Shown: one piece after another, positions 46,732-55,105 of the stretch
Layout of the letters: each line of letters opens with the position of its first letter
How positions within the stretch are numbered: the stretch's first letter is position 1
Assembly: GCA_029565065.1 (NCBI GenBank)
Contig: JAKQOW010000131.1
Span: forward strand, 6,901 to 70,900
Origin: Acidobacteriota bacterium
GTDB taxonomy: Bacteria; Acidobacteriota; JAAYUB01
Length of the DNA: 64,000 bases
Direction of reading: 5' to 3'
The notes under the pieces: generated by a model
What the model was told of the DNA's origin: nothing
What the model saw: only the letters and a program-made list of their open reading frames with translations
Database searches by the model: none
Translations under genes and position numbers: made by a program

Positions 46732-47499
46732 ATGCGCCTGAGACTATTTATGGGGCTGATCGGACTCATCGCTCTGGCCGCCGCAACGCTGTCGGCCGCG
46801 GATTACTGGGAGAAGAAACCGTACGCGAAGTGGTCCGAGAAAGAAGCCCGTAAGATGATCATGCAATCGCCGTGGTGCGTCGAGTTCAGCTGGAGCAGCA
46901 CCGGCTCGAGCGGCGACAGCCTCACCCAGGATGCGACGGCCTATGAGCCGTCTTCGCCGGTGGGAACGGCGACGAGCCGGGGCGCCACCGACACCGTGGG
47001 CAGCGAGCGGGAAATTCTCACCATCGTCCGGGTCATGCTGTTCTCGTCGCGGCCCGTCCGCTCGGCGGTCGCCGTGCTCGCCGCGAAGGGGGATGCCGGC
47101 CGGATCGAGCGGCTGAAGGATTTCGCCGAGCGCGACTTCGGCGACGAGATCGTTGTCGCCTGGGTGCTGGATTCCAAGCCCAAGGGCGCCACGTCGGTCG
47201 CCGACCTGGACCGCCAGCTCCGCGCCCTGGCGGTGGGCGAGCTGGCCAACGAGACCTTCCTGGCCACCAGCAGCGGGAAAAAGGTGTTCCTCAAGGACTA
47301 CATCCCGCCCACGCCGGACGGCACGGGTGCCAAGTTTGTCTTCCCGCGCTTCCTGCCGGACGGCACGCCCCTGATCACCGCCGCGGACAAGACTCTGCGC
47401 TTCCAGACGAAAAAGTTCCAGATGCGCGATGACGACATCTCCGTGGATGCCACGTTCAAACTGGACAAGATGATCTTCAACGGCCAGTTGGACTACTAA
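46732..47499 (+). CDS. Secreted protein of unknown function, paralog B of a tandem pair
   Basis: It has an AAAGGAGG RBS and a signal peptide. The blocks are colinear with paralog A (YWEKKPYAKWSEKEARKMI ... GTGAKFVFPR...). Confidence 0.7.
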   Translation: MRLRLFMGLIGLIALAAATLSAADYWEKKPYAKWSEKEARKMIMQSPWCVEFSWSSTGSSGDSLTQDATAYEPSSPVGTATSRGATDTVGSEREILTIVRVMLFSSRPVRSAVAVLAAKGDAGRIERLKDFAERDFGDEIVVAWVLDSKPKGATSVADLDRQLRALAVGELANETFLATSSGKKVFLKDYIPPTPDGTGAKFVFPRFLPDGTPLITAADKTLRFQTKKFQMRDDDISVDATFKLDKMIFNGQLDY

Positions 47500-47526
47500 G
47501 CCGATCACGCAGACTGCTGATCATTG

Positions 47527-47568
47527 TCGGAAATCCGGCGGCCGGCTGAGACCCTACAGCCGGCCGCC
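47527..47568 (+). terminator. Rho-independent terminator
   Basis: The inverted repeat CCGGCGGCCGGCTG-loop-CAGCCGGCCGCCGG is followed by TTGTTTG. It lies 28 nt after the paralog B stop, between convergent genes. Confidence 0.55.
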
Positions 47569-47584
47569 GGTTGTTTGTGGACCG

Positions 47585-49303
47585 CTACATTTTCTCCAAC
47601 AGCCGTTCCACTTCTTTGAACACGGCGGAACCCGCCTGTTCCAATTCCGGCCTCAGGACCGCTCGGGCGTATTGAACGGCGCGCGCCGCGTCGTCGGACA
47701 GCACACCAAGCAGGTAGGCGATTTTTCCTTTCAGCCCGTGGATCGTGTTGAAGACGACCTCGCTGTGGAAGAGCAGGGGACGCGCGCACAGGATGTCCAC
47801 CTCGTTGGACCGCAGGAGCATGTCCGCCCGCAGGCGCTCCACCGCGTCGGCCGGGGGATTTCGCTGGGCGATGACGGGTTGCAGCACCACCCGGACGGCC
47901 TGCAGCACCTCCTGAGTCCGGCGGAGATGCCGCAGGCATTCCGCCCGGTGCAGGCTGAATTCCCGCTCGTCGGCCGGCGGCGGCTCCTTGGCTTCCTGCT
48001 GACCGTCCAGCTTGAAGATGGCGCGCAGGTGCTGGGTGGTCAGCGGACGATCACCGAACATGGCGTGCAGGCTGGACAGCACCATCAGGAGTTCACGCGC
48101 GTTGCCCGGCCAGGCATAGCCCCGCAGCTCGTTCAGGATGTCGTCCGGCAGCGCGCCCGTCGGATTGCGGGTGATGCGCTGCCAGAAATGCTGGGCCAGT
48201 CGGGGGACGTCGTCGAGATGACGCCGCAGAGCGGGCGTGCGGATGAGCATGCCCCGGAGGCGGTAGTACAGGTCTTCCCGGAACTCGCCGCGCTGGACCA
48301 TGCCGAACAGGTCGCGGTTCGTCGCCGCCAGCACGCGGACATCCAACTGGACGGGCTCCCGGGCGCCCAGGGGCAGAATGGCCTTGTCGTCCAGCACCCG
48401 CAGGATCTTGGCCTGTTGCGGCAGGGGGAGTTCGGCGACCTCGTCCAGAAAGATGGTGCCGTGATTGGCCGCCTCCCAGAGGCCGATCCGGTCAGCCTGG
48501 GCGTCGGTGAACGCGCCCTTCTTGTACCCGAAAAACTCGGACTCCAGCAAATTCAGCGGAATGGCGCCGCAGTTGACGGGCACGAAGCGGCTTTTTCCGC
48601 GCCGGCTCAGGCTGTGAATCTCCTGGGCGACGATGTTCTTGCCGGTGCCGGTGTCGCCGACGATGAGCACGGCGCATTCGGCCCGGGCCGCCTGGATGAT
48701 GAGCTGCCGGACCAGCTCGGCCTCCATGGATTGCCCGACGAATTTGGAGTCGAGCACCCTGGCCTCGGCATGGTAGCCGATGAGTTGGATCAGGGATCCG
48801 TCGCCGGCCGTCTCGGACTCTGTCTCCGGAGCGGTCGGAGCCGGAACGGCGGCTCCCGCGGCGCCCGCCGCGGGGGCGGCGGTCTCGCCGCCCGCTGGGT
48901 CGGGCCTGGCCATCGTCCACAAGCTGTCGAACAAATCCGGCGGGATGCCCACGATGGCGCGCAAGTGCGTGCTGCCGGAGCCGGTGTGTTTAAGGAAATC
49001 GCAGACGCTGCGCTGCAACTGACCGGTTGAACGGTAAACGCCTTCGACAAGCGGAATCTTGCCGGCCGGGCCGCCCGTGAGGTAGGTCTTCAATCCCTTA
49101 TGGACGTTCTTGATGCCCCGATCCACCACCAGATCGACCATGGTGCGGAAACCGGCCAGATCCGCGTTGTCGACCAGGTAGATCGCAGCCTGGGGCGGTT
49201 TGGGGACTTTTTCCAAATCCTGTGTCCGGTTACGTGGCAGCGCGCACCGGAATGGGCCTTCAGGCGGTTTGCCCGTCAGGTACTTCAACGCACGAGCAGT
49301 CAT
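47585..49303 (-). CDS. Sigma-54-dependent transcriptional activator (bEBP AAA+ core) with unassigned N-terminal domain and no recognisable C-terminal Fis-type HTH
   Basis: The central domain has Walker A GDTGTGKN, GAFTGA-type KGAFTDA, Walker B IFLDEV, the arginine fingers and sensor II. The 150-aa N-terminus and 170-aa C-terminus are not recognisable by eye. It is divergent from the sigma-54 promoter operon. Confidence 0.85.
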   Translation of the reverse strand: MTARALKYLTGKPPEGPFRCALPRNRTQDLEKVPKPPQAAIYLVDNADLAGFRTMVDLVVDRGIKNVHKGLKTYLTGGPAGKIPLVEGVYRSTGQLQRSVCDFLKHTGSGSTHLRAIVGIPPDLFDSLWTMARPDPAGGETAAPAAGAAGAAVPAPTAPETESETAGDGSLIQLIGYHAEARVLDSKFVGQSMEAELVRQLIIQAARAECAVLIVGDTGTGKNIVAQEIHSLSRRGKSRFVPVNCGAIPLNLLESEFFGYKKGAFTDAQADRIGLWEAANHGTIFLDEVAELPLPQQAKILRVLDDKAILPLGAREPVQLDVRVLAATNRDLFGMVQRGEFREDLYYRLRGMLIRTPALRRHLDDVPRLAQHFWQRITRNPTGALPDDILNELRGYAWPGNARELLMVLSSLHAMFGDRPLTTQHLRAIFKLDGQQEAKEPPPADEREFSLHRAECLRHLRRTQEVLQAVRVVLQPVIAQRNPPADAVERLRADMLLRSNEVDILCARPLLFHSEVVFNTIHGLKGKIAYLLGVLSDDAARAVQYARAVLRPELEQAGSAVFKEVERLLEKM

Positions 49304-49590
49304 GGGGCACCTCGTTGAGTTGATGATCGATTGTACCTGCGATGTTTGTCCAACTCAACATAATATTGCAAATTAATCGGTGAGTTGACTAACGGTTGAG
49401 TAGTATGGAAATCATAATGCAAATATTATAAATAACATGCGTTTGTAATCGGAAGAGAAGCCAATGAATTTTGAGTAAAAAATTGAGTTATGGGTCTGTT
49501 TCTCAACCATTCGGGCCAATTGAATGCCTAAATATCAATCTGTTCGGTTGAGAACTTTGTAACAAAAACAAAAATAAGAATTTAGTAATT

Positions 49591-49606
49591 TGGCATGCTC
49601 TGTGCA
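49591..49606 (+). promoter_or_regulatory. Sigma-54 (-24/-12) promoter TGGCATG-N4-GTGCAT
   Basis: GG and GC are spaced exactly as in the consensus TGGCACG-N4-TTGCA. It lies about 65 nt upstream of the ATG at 49670, in a 365-nt AT-rich intergenic region carrying multiple GAGTTGA/TCAACTC inverted repeats (candidate UAS). Confidence 0.55.
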
Positions 49607-49669
49607 TTCCCCAGGTTCAAAGCCGGCGATAAATGAAACAGGAACCGGCCGAACGCGAGGTGCACGAAC

Positions 49670-51916
49670 ATGGCCAAACTCAATCTCAATGGCGTGGAAT
49701 TCTGGAGCGGCAGCACAGTCCATGACACCGTGCGCCAGTTGGCCGGTCTCTGCGAGCAGGTGGTCCATGCGCCCATCCCCATCGCGCCGGGCGGCGACAG
49801 TTTCACGATGCCGTGCGATCCGGCGATGAAACGCCGGGGCATCCTGGGCATTGAGGGAAGATACAAGCCCGATGACGACATCGTGGAAATCGTCATTCTT
49901 CTGGTCGAGGGGCCGGCCCAGGCCCGAAGCGGCGTGTCGGCGGTGTTTCAGAAACTGGCCGCGCTGTCGGATCGGGTGCACTGTCTGGAGCCCGAGATCG
50001 ACAACGACCGCGTCGCACTGCGGATGCTGCTCAGCGTCAAGGCCTCGATGTTGTCGTTGAGTCGGCAGGAGAAGTTCATTGACGAGTTGACGAAGCTGGA
50101 CGACCTGGCCCGCTTGCTCCAGGAGGAGATCCCGTCTGACAAGACGGACCAGGAGCTGGAGGCGGCCTACCGGAAGGTGCGCGAGGTCGTCGAGCCGGTG
50201 CGGCCGCTGGCACAGGGCGAGGCGGATCTGGAACCGGCTCACGTGGCGTGGGCCCGCGAGATTCTGGATTACCTGGGTGGCGCCGCGCCCGTCGCCGTCG
50301 CGGCGCCGTCGCTGGCGCTCACGGATTACGCGCAGGCGTTGCTGGCCCGGGTGGCGATGGGCACGGGGGGAAGTCTCGGGCGGCTGGCGGTGCCTTCCGT
50401 CAACACGCAGGGTCTGGTGGAGTTGGTGCGCCGCGCGCCGGGCTTCGTGGTGGTGCCGGTGGAGAGCATCAGTCTCGGCGCCAGCCGCTACGAACTGGGG
50501 AATGAGGTCCGCGCCCTGCTGGCGACCCTGGTGGCAGGGGGGAGGTCCCCGATCTTTACGGGGACCTATGAGGAGCTCCAGGGGGTGTTCCACGGGGGGC
50601 AGGGCGCGGCCTCGGACCCGTTGATGCCGGTGGTGCGGCACATCCCGAATGTGGCGCTGCCGGCGCTGGCCGAGGTGGCGGTCCAGGTGGCCAGCCGCCC
50701 GCACGGCGGCCTGCCGCCGGCCCGACGGAAGGAGCTGACCCGATGGGTGTTGGCGGCCCTCGACGGGCGGAGCGACTCCCAGCAGCAGCGGATCCTGCCG
50801 CTGGTGGCGCGCAAGGTGGTCACCGATTATTTCGCCGGGCGCTACCTCGGCCCCGATGCAGCCAACGGGTTCGCCGACCGCTCCGCCGCATTGAGTGAGA
50901 CGTTTGCCGGTCTATGCGTCCGCCCGCGGGCGATGCGGACGGCGGAAGTCCAGGCGGCGTGGGTGCGGACGCTTGCGTCGCCGGAGCTGCTGGCCACCTT
51001 CCGCGAACACCTGCTGGCTCAGGACCGGGCGCTCGAGGCGCTCAGCCGGCGGCTGACCATGGAAGTGCTGACGCGGCCGCTGCATCAGCCCCTCCGCTAT
51101 TGCGCCCAGGGAACGCCCGGCACGGGCAAGTCGGAGAGCGCCCAGCTCCTGGCCCAGGTGCTGGACGTGCCGTTCGTGGTCATCGACGCGGCGAGCATGT
51201 CCGACGCCTACACCGTCACCAGCCAGCTGCTGGGGTCCAGCCGGGGGATCGTGAACTCCTACCAACCCGGCCGGCTGGAACAGGTGGCCAAGCACCACCG
51301 TGGCGCCGTGGTGGAGATCTGCGACATCGACCATGCGCCGCCGCCGGTGCAGTCGGCCCTGGCGGCGCTCTGCTTCCAGGTGCTGGAAAACGGCGAGGCG
51401 CAGAGCTCGGCCGGCGGGATGTTCTCCTGCGCCAACCTCATCTTCGCCTTCACGATGAACCTGCCGGGGGGCATGGATGAGGCGGTCCGCCGCGACGGCA
51501 TCGGCTACAACAACGCGCCCACGGCCCGGACGGTGAAGAACAAGATCGTGAACGAGATCAAGGGCATGCTCAGCGGCGCCTTCCTGAGCCGGATCGGCAC
51601 GCCCATCCTGTTCGAACCGCTCGACGGCGATGCGCTGGCGGCGATCGTGGAGCGCGCCGTGGCCGAGGCGGTGCGCGCCGCCGCCGAGCGCCTGGGCCGA
51701 CCGGTACCGGCGGTGGCCGTCGGTGCGGGGGTGGGCCGGGCGGTGCTGGCCACGCTCGAGGCCAGCGTCATCGCCTTCGGCGCCCGCGCCATCCTGGAGC
51801 ACGGCCGCGCCCTGGCGGCGGAAGCGGTGCTCCGCTGGGAAGGCGGGGCCGCCGCGGACCAGCCGGTGCGCGTCGAGGCGCGCGGCACCGGCGAGCTGGA
51901 CATTCTGACCGATTGA
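49670..51916 (+). CDS. Diverged ClpA/ClpB-family AAA+ protein: degenerate D1-like region plus C-terminal AAA_2 (ClpB D2-like) module with atypical Walker B
   Basis: The C-terminus has Walker A GTPGTGKSE. The segment ...LGSSRGIVNSYQPGRLEQVAKHHRGAVVEICDIDHAPPPVQSALAALCFQVLENGEAQSSAGGMFSCANLIFAFTMN is colinear with ClpB D2 (...[68 protein letters not shown]), but DE becomes CD/DI. A central region resembles ClpB D1 without Walker A. Confidence 0.8.
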   Translation: MAKLNLNGVEFWSGSTVHDTVRQLAGLCEQVVHAPIPIAPGGDSFTMPCDPAMKRRGILGIEGRYKPDDDIVEIVILLVEGPAQARSGVSAVFQKLAALSDRVHCLEPEIDNDRVALRMLLSVKASMLSLSRQEKFIDELTKLDDLARLLQEEIPSDKTDQELEAAYRKVREVVEPVRPLAQGEADLEPAHVAWAREILDYLGGAAPVAVAAPSLALTDYAQALLARVAMGTGGSLGRLAVPSVNTQGLVELVRRAPGFVVVPVESISLGASRYELGNEVRALLATLVAGGRSPIFTGTYEELQGVFHGGQGAASDPLMPVVRHIPNVALPALAEVAVQVASRPHGGLPPARRKELTRWVLAALDGRSDSQQQRILPLVARKVVTDYFAGRYLGPDAANGFADRSAALSETFAGLCVRPRAMRTAEVQAAWVRTLASPELLATFREHLLAQDRALEALSRRLTMEVLTRPLHQPLRYCAQGTPGTGKSESAQLLAQVLDVPFVVIDAASMSDAYTVTSQLLGSSRGIVNSYQPGRLEQVAKHHRGAVVEICDIDHAPPPVQSALAALCFQVLENGEAQSSAGGMFSCANLIFAFTMNLPGGMDEAVRRDGIGYNNAPTARTVKNKIVNEIKGMLSGAFLSRIGTPILFEPLDGDALAAIVERAVAEAVRAAAERLGRPVPAVAVGAGVGRAVLATLEASVIAFGARAILEHGRALAAEAVLRWEGGAAADQPVRVEARGTGELDILTD

Positions 51917-51925
51917 GGAGGAATC

Positions 51926-52939
51926 ATGGCTGGCAACGTTTACAGCGTCTGCGATCCGGAGCAGTACCGGAAGGCGGGGCCCACCGATCTGGTGGAGCTG
52001 CTGCCGCCGCCGGGGGGCAATCCGCTGTACCTGCAGAAATGGCTGGTGGAGACTCTCGTGTTCGCCATCGTCCACCATGAATTCGTGCACCTGTCGGGGC
52101 CCACCGGGAGCGCCAAGAGCTCGCTCCTGGAGGCGCTCTACACAGTTCCGGAGAACTTCCGGGGGGTGTGCGACGGCCTGGGTTGCGCGTCGCGGCCCCT
52201 GAAGCTGTTCCCCATCGAGATGGCGACCTTCGAGGCGCCGGGCGAGCTGTACCAGCGCCGGGCGCTGAAAGACGGCACGACCTACGACGAGCCGAGCCGG
52301 CTGGTGGCCGCTCTGGCGGCAGCCGCCCGGTGCGCCGGTTCGGCGTACCCGCTGATCTGGCTGCGCGAGATCGGACGAGTGCACTCGTCCAGCGTCCAGG
52401 GCGGCTTGCTCAATCTGATGACGCGGGCCGAGATCGTGCTGCCGGACGGGACGCACTTTCCGGGGCAGGGCATCGCCTGGGTGGCCGACAGCAACTATCA
52501 GGCCGAGCAGAGCGCCACCCATACCCTGGTCACCCTGGACGACGCGCTGAAGCGGCGGTTCACCATCAATCTGACGCTGGACTACCTCACGGCCGAGCAG
52601 GAGGTCCAGGTGCTGGAGCACATTTTCAACGGCAACGGCGGCGCCCCGGTGCCCGCCGAGCTCATCGTGAAGGTGGTGCAGCTGGGCAACGTCGTCCGGC
52701 GCCACCGCAGCGAGGGGAACCTGCAGACGCTGACGCCGCCCACCATCTACGGCTACATGGCCTTCCTCCGGACGGCCCGGGCGCTGCCGCATCTGAGCTT
52801 GCAGCAGGTGGCGCTGGCCACGCTGCTCGGCAACGCCGGCTCCGAGGACCGCAAGCACGTGGCCGGTGTGTTCAATGAGGTGTTCGGCCTGCAGACCGAG
52901 GAGGAGGAAGACCCGACGATGGTGGGGAACCTGTTCTGA
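51926..52939 (+). CDS. MoxR/CbbQ/NorQ-like AAA+ ATPase (AAA_5) with variant Walker B
   Basis: Walker A is GPTGSAKSS. The sensor/Walker B region LIWLREIGRVHSSSVQGGLLNLMTRAEIVLPDG parallels MoxR's [27 protein letters not shown], but DE is replaced by RE. It is 337 aa. Confidence 0.8.
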   Translation: MAGNVYSVCDPEQYRKAGPTDLVELLPPPGGNPLYLQKWLVETLVFAIVHHEFVHLSGPTGSAKSSLLEALYTVPENFRGVCDGLGCASRPLKLFPIEMATFEAPGELYQRRALKDGTTYDEPSRLVAALAAAARCAGSAYPLIWLREIGRVHSSSVQGGLLNLMTRAEIVLPDGTHFPGQGIAWVADSNYQAEQSATHTLVTLDDALKRRFTINLTLDYLTAEQEVQVLEHIFNGNGGAPVPAELIVKVVQLGNVVRRHRSEGNLQTLTPPTIYGYMAFLRTARALPHLSLQQVALATLLGNAGSEDRKHVAGVFNEVFGLQTEEEEDPTMVGNLF

Positions 52940-52972
52940 TTGTCCGGGAGTGCACGGGATTGGGGAGGATCC

Positions 52973-55093
52973 ATGAAACCGAAACGAAAGACGGCCAGGA
53001 CGGCGACGGAACGGACGGGTTATTCGTTCGCGCTTCGCTCGCGCCGGAACAAGTCCGATTGGGCCGGCATCGGCATCGCTGACGCGTTCAAGCAGAACAT
53101 CGACTACTTCCACCGGTCCCAGGCCCAGCGGCTCTTCTACCGCCAGCTCAAGAAGACGGTCCGCGCGGTGGCCAAGCTGGACGGCACCGAGGCCCCGCAC
53201 CTGTTGCAACCGCGGGTCAAACCGCAGCTCTCGCCCTGCTACTCCAGCTATCCGGCGGGGCTGGCGGTGTACGCGGCCATCGGCCTGACGGCGTTTCTGG
53301 AATTCAAGGCCCGGATCTCGGACAGCCGGTTCCTGTCGTATCTGAACACCCAGCTCGGCGTGCAGATGGCGGACAGCGACGTCCGGGCCGATCCCGAGCT
53401 GGCCGAGCTCACTGCCCACAGCGTGGCCAACTGGATGCACAGCCGGCTGCTCATCGAGGACCTGGCCCGGCGGGCGGCGCTGTCCGCCATCGAGGTGTAC
53501 CGCCTGTTCGCCGCGGCCCAGGAAGACCTCCGTTTTGCCACCGTGGACGACATCATCCGCGCGGTGATCCTCTACGGCGACGTCCTGTGCGAGCCGTGGC
53601 ATCTGAACCTGCATCCGCTGACCGCCCGGATCCTCCGGGATCTCATTGTGGCCAGCGCGCCGTTCTACGAACGCCTGCCCGAGGTGCCGGACCGGGACTT
53701 GCTGGAGATGGGCGCCGCCTGGTCCTGGCGGCTGATGGCCGTTCTGCTGCGCTACCTGCCGCCGCCCGGCCAGCCAGAGGAGAAACAGCCCAAGGAGGCG
53801 CGGAAAGGGCGGAATCGGCTGATGGAACTGCTGGGCGCCTCCATGCCCGCCGACGAAAGCATCCGCGGCGACAGCGAGTTGGCCCCGTTCGACGGTCCCG
53901 TGCCGCCGGTCGTCAACCGGCCGGAGAATCCCCTCGACTGGCTCATGAACCAGTTGTCGGGCGGGACGGGACGCGACCGCATCCGCGACGCCGATAAGCT
54001 GGCGACGGTCGAGGATGGGATCTATAAAACCCTGGAGGAATTTCAAGCGGCGCTGGGCGGCGCGGCGGGCCAGTCCGGCAACTGGGAGGACATGCGGTCC
54101 GATCTGCTGGAGAACTCGCTTCGCGCGATCCCGTTCGCGGCCGGACCCATCGAGGGGAACCCGGCCGACGGGCATGAGGTCAAGGTGTCGATGTACGGCG
54201 ACGAGCGCGCGATGGGGGAGCTGTTCGACCGCCCCGTGGCGCCGTCGGACGACGTGGCGGCATGTCACAGCCTGGTGGAGGATGCGGCGCCCCTGACCGC
54301 AACCCTGCGCCAGAACCTCTATCCGAACATCGAGCAGCGGCCGGAGATCCAGCGCCTGCGCTGCAGCGGCGGGCTGGACGGCGCGCGCCTGCCGCTGGCG
54401 GAGTTTTCCGAGACGGTCTTCCGGCGCTACCGGATCCGCGAGGTGGCCGATCCGCGGGGATCGCCGGTGCTGGTGATCGCCTGCGACGGCTCCGGCTCAC
54501 TCAACGAGAAGCAGATGCGGATGGTCAAGCTGTTGTCGGCTGCCTATCTGCAGTCCACCGCCCGGAGCAGTATCCAGGTGCTCGCCGCCCTCTACCACAG
54601 CGGCGACATCCGGCCGGGCGTTTCGGGGCCGCTGGTCCAGTGGATGTACCATCCGCGCAAGTCCATCGCCCGGAGCCGCCAGGACGCCGTGCGGAGCGTC
54701 GTCACGTTGCCCGACACCGGTACCGGCGTGCAGAGCGATGCGCTGTCCATCGCGTTCATCATGGACGAGGCTCGCCGGATTGCACGCGGCCACATGATCT
54801 ACCTGGTGCTCATCACCGACACCAGCTGGAACCGCAGTTTCAACCGGTCCGAAACCGGCGCCGAGGAGGTTCGCGGCTATTTCGAGGACCTCTATGAACG
54901 CTTCCCGGGCCAGGTGCACACGACTCTGGTGGCGTTGGGCGTGGCGGCGCCGACGGGCTTCGAGGACCTGCTCAACGCGGTCATCGGAGTCACCCACGAG
55001 GAATTGTCCGACAGCGCCGCGGTGGCCGAGAAAGTCGGCGTATACGTCGCCCGCTGCATTCGCGAACGCACCCGGCTCATCGCCCGGGCCTGA
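52973..55093 (+). CDS. Large VWA-domain protein (CbbO/NorD-like partner of the MoxR-type ATPase); N-terminal about 480 aa unassigned
   Basis: The C-terminal VWA domain has the MIDAS motif VLVIACDGSGS and downstream T/D ligand positions. It has a GGAGGA RBS before the ATG at 52973. It lies directly downstream of the AAA_5 ATPase, as in CbbQO/NorQD pairs. Confidence 0.75.
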   Translation: MKPKRKTARTATERTGYSFALRSRRNKSDWAGIGIADAFKQNIDYFHRSQAQRLFYRQLKKTVRAVAKLDGTEAPHLLQPRVKPQLSPCYSSYPAGLAVYAAIGLTAFLEFKARISDSRFLSYLNTQLGVQMADSDVRADPELAELTAHSVANWMHSRLLIEDLARRAALSAIEVYRLFAAAQEDLRFATVDDIIRAVILYGDVLCEPWHLNLHPLTARILRDLIVASAPFYERLPEVPDRDLLEMGAAWSWRLMAVLLRYLPPPGQPEEKQPKEARKGRNRLMELLGASMPADESIRGDSELAPFDGPVPPVVNRPENPLDWLMNQLSGGTGRDRIRDADKLATVEDGIYKTLEEFQAALGGAAGQSGNWEDMRSDLLENSLRAIPFAAGPIEGNPADGHEVKVSMYGDERAMGELFDRPVAPSDDVAACHSLVEDAAPLTATLRQNLYPNIEQRPEIQRLRCSGGLDGARLPLAEFSETVFRRYRIREVADPRGSPVLVIACDGSGSLNEKQMRMVKLLSAAYLQSTARSSIQVLAALYHSGDIRPGVSGPLVQWMYHPRKSIARSRQDAVRSVVTLPDTGTGVQSDALSIAFIMDEARRIARGHMIYLVLITDTSWNRSFNRSETGAEEVRGYFEDLYERFPGQVHTTLVALGVAAPTGFEDLLNAVIGVTHEELSDSAAVAEKVGVYVARCIRERTRLIARA

Positions 55094-55105
55094 CAGGAGG
55101 AAGCC

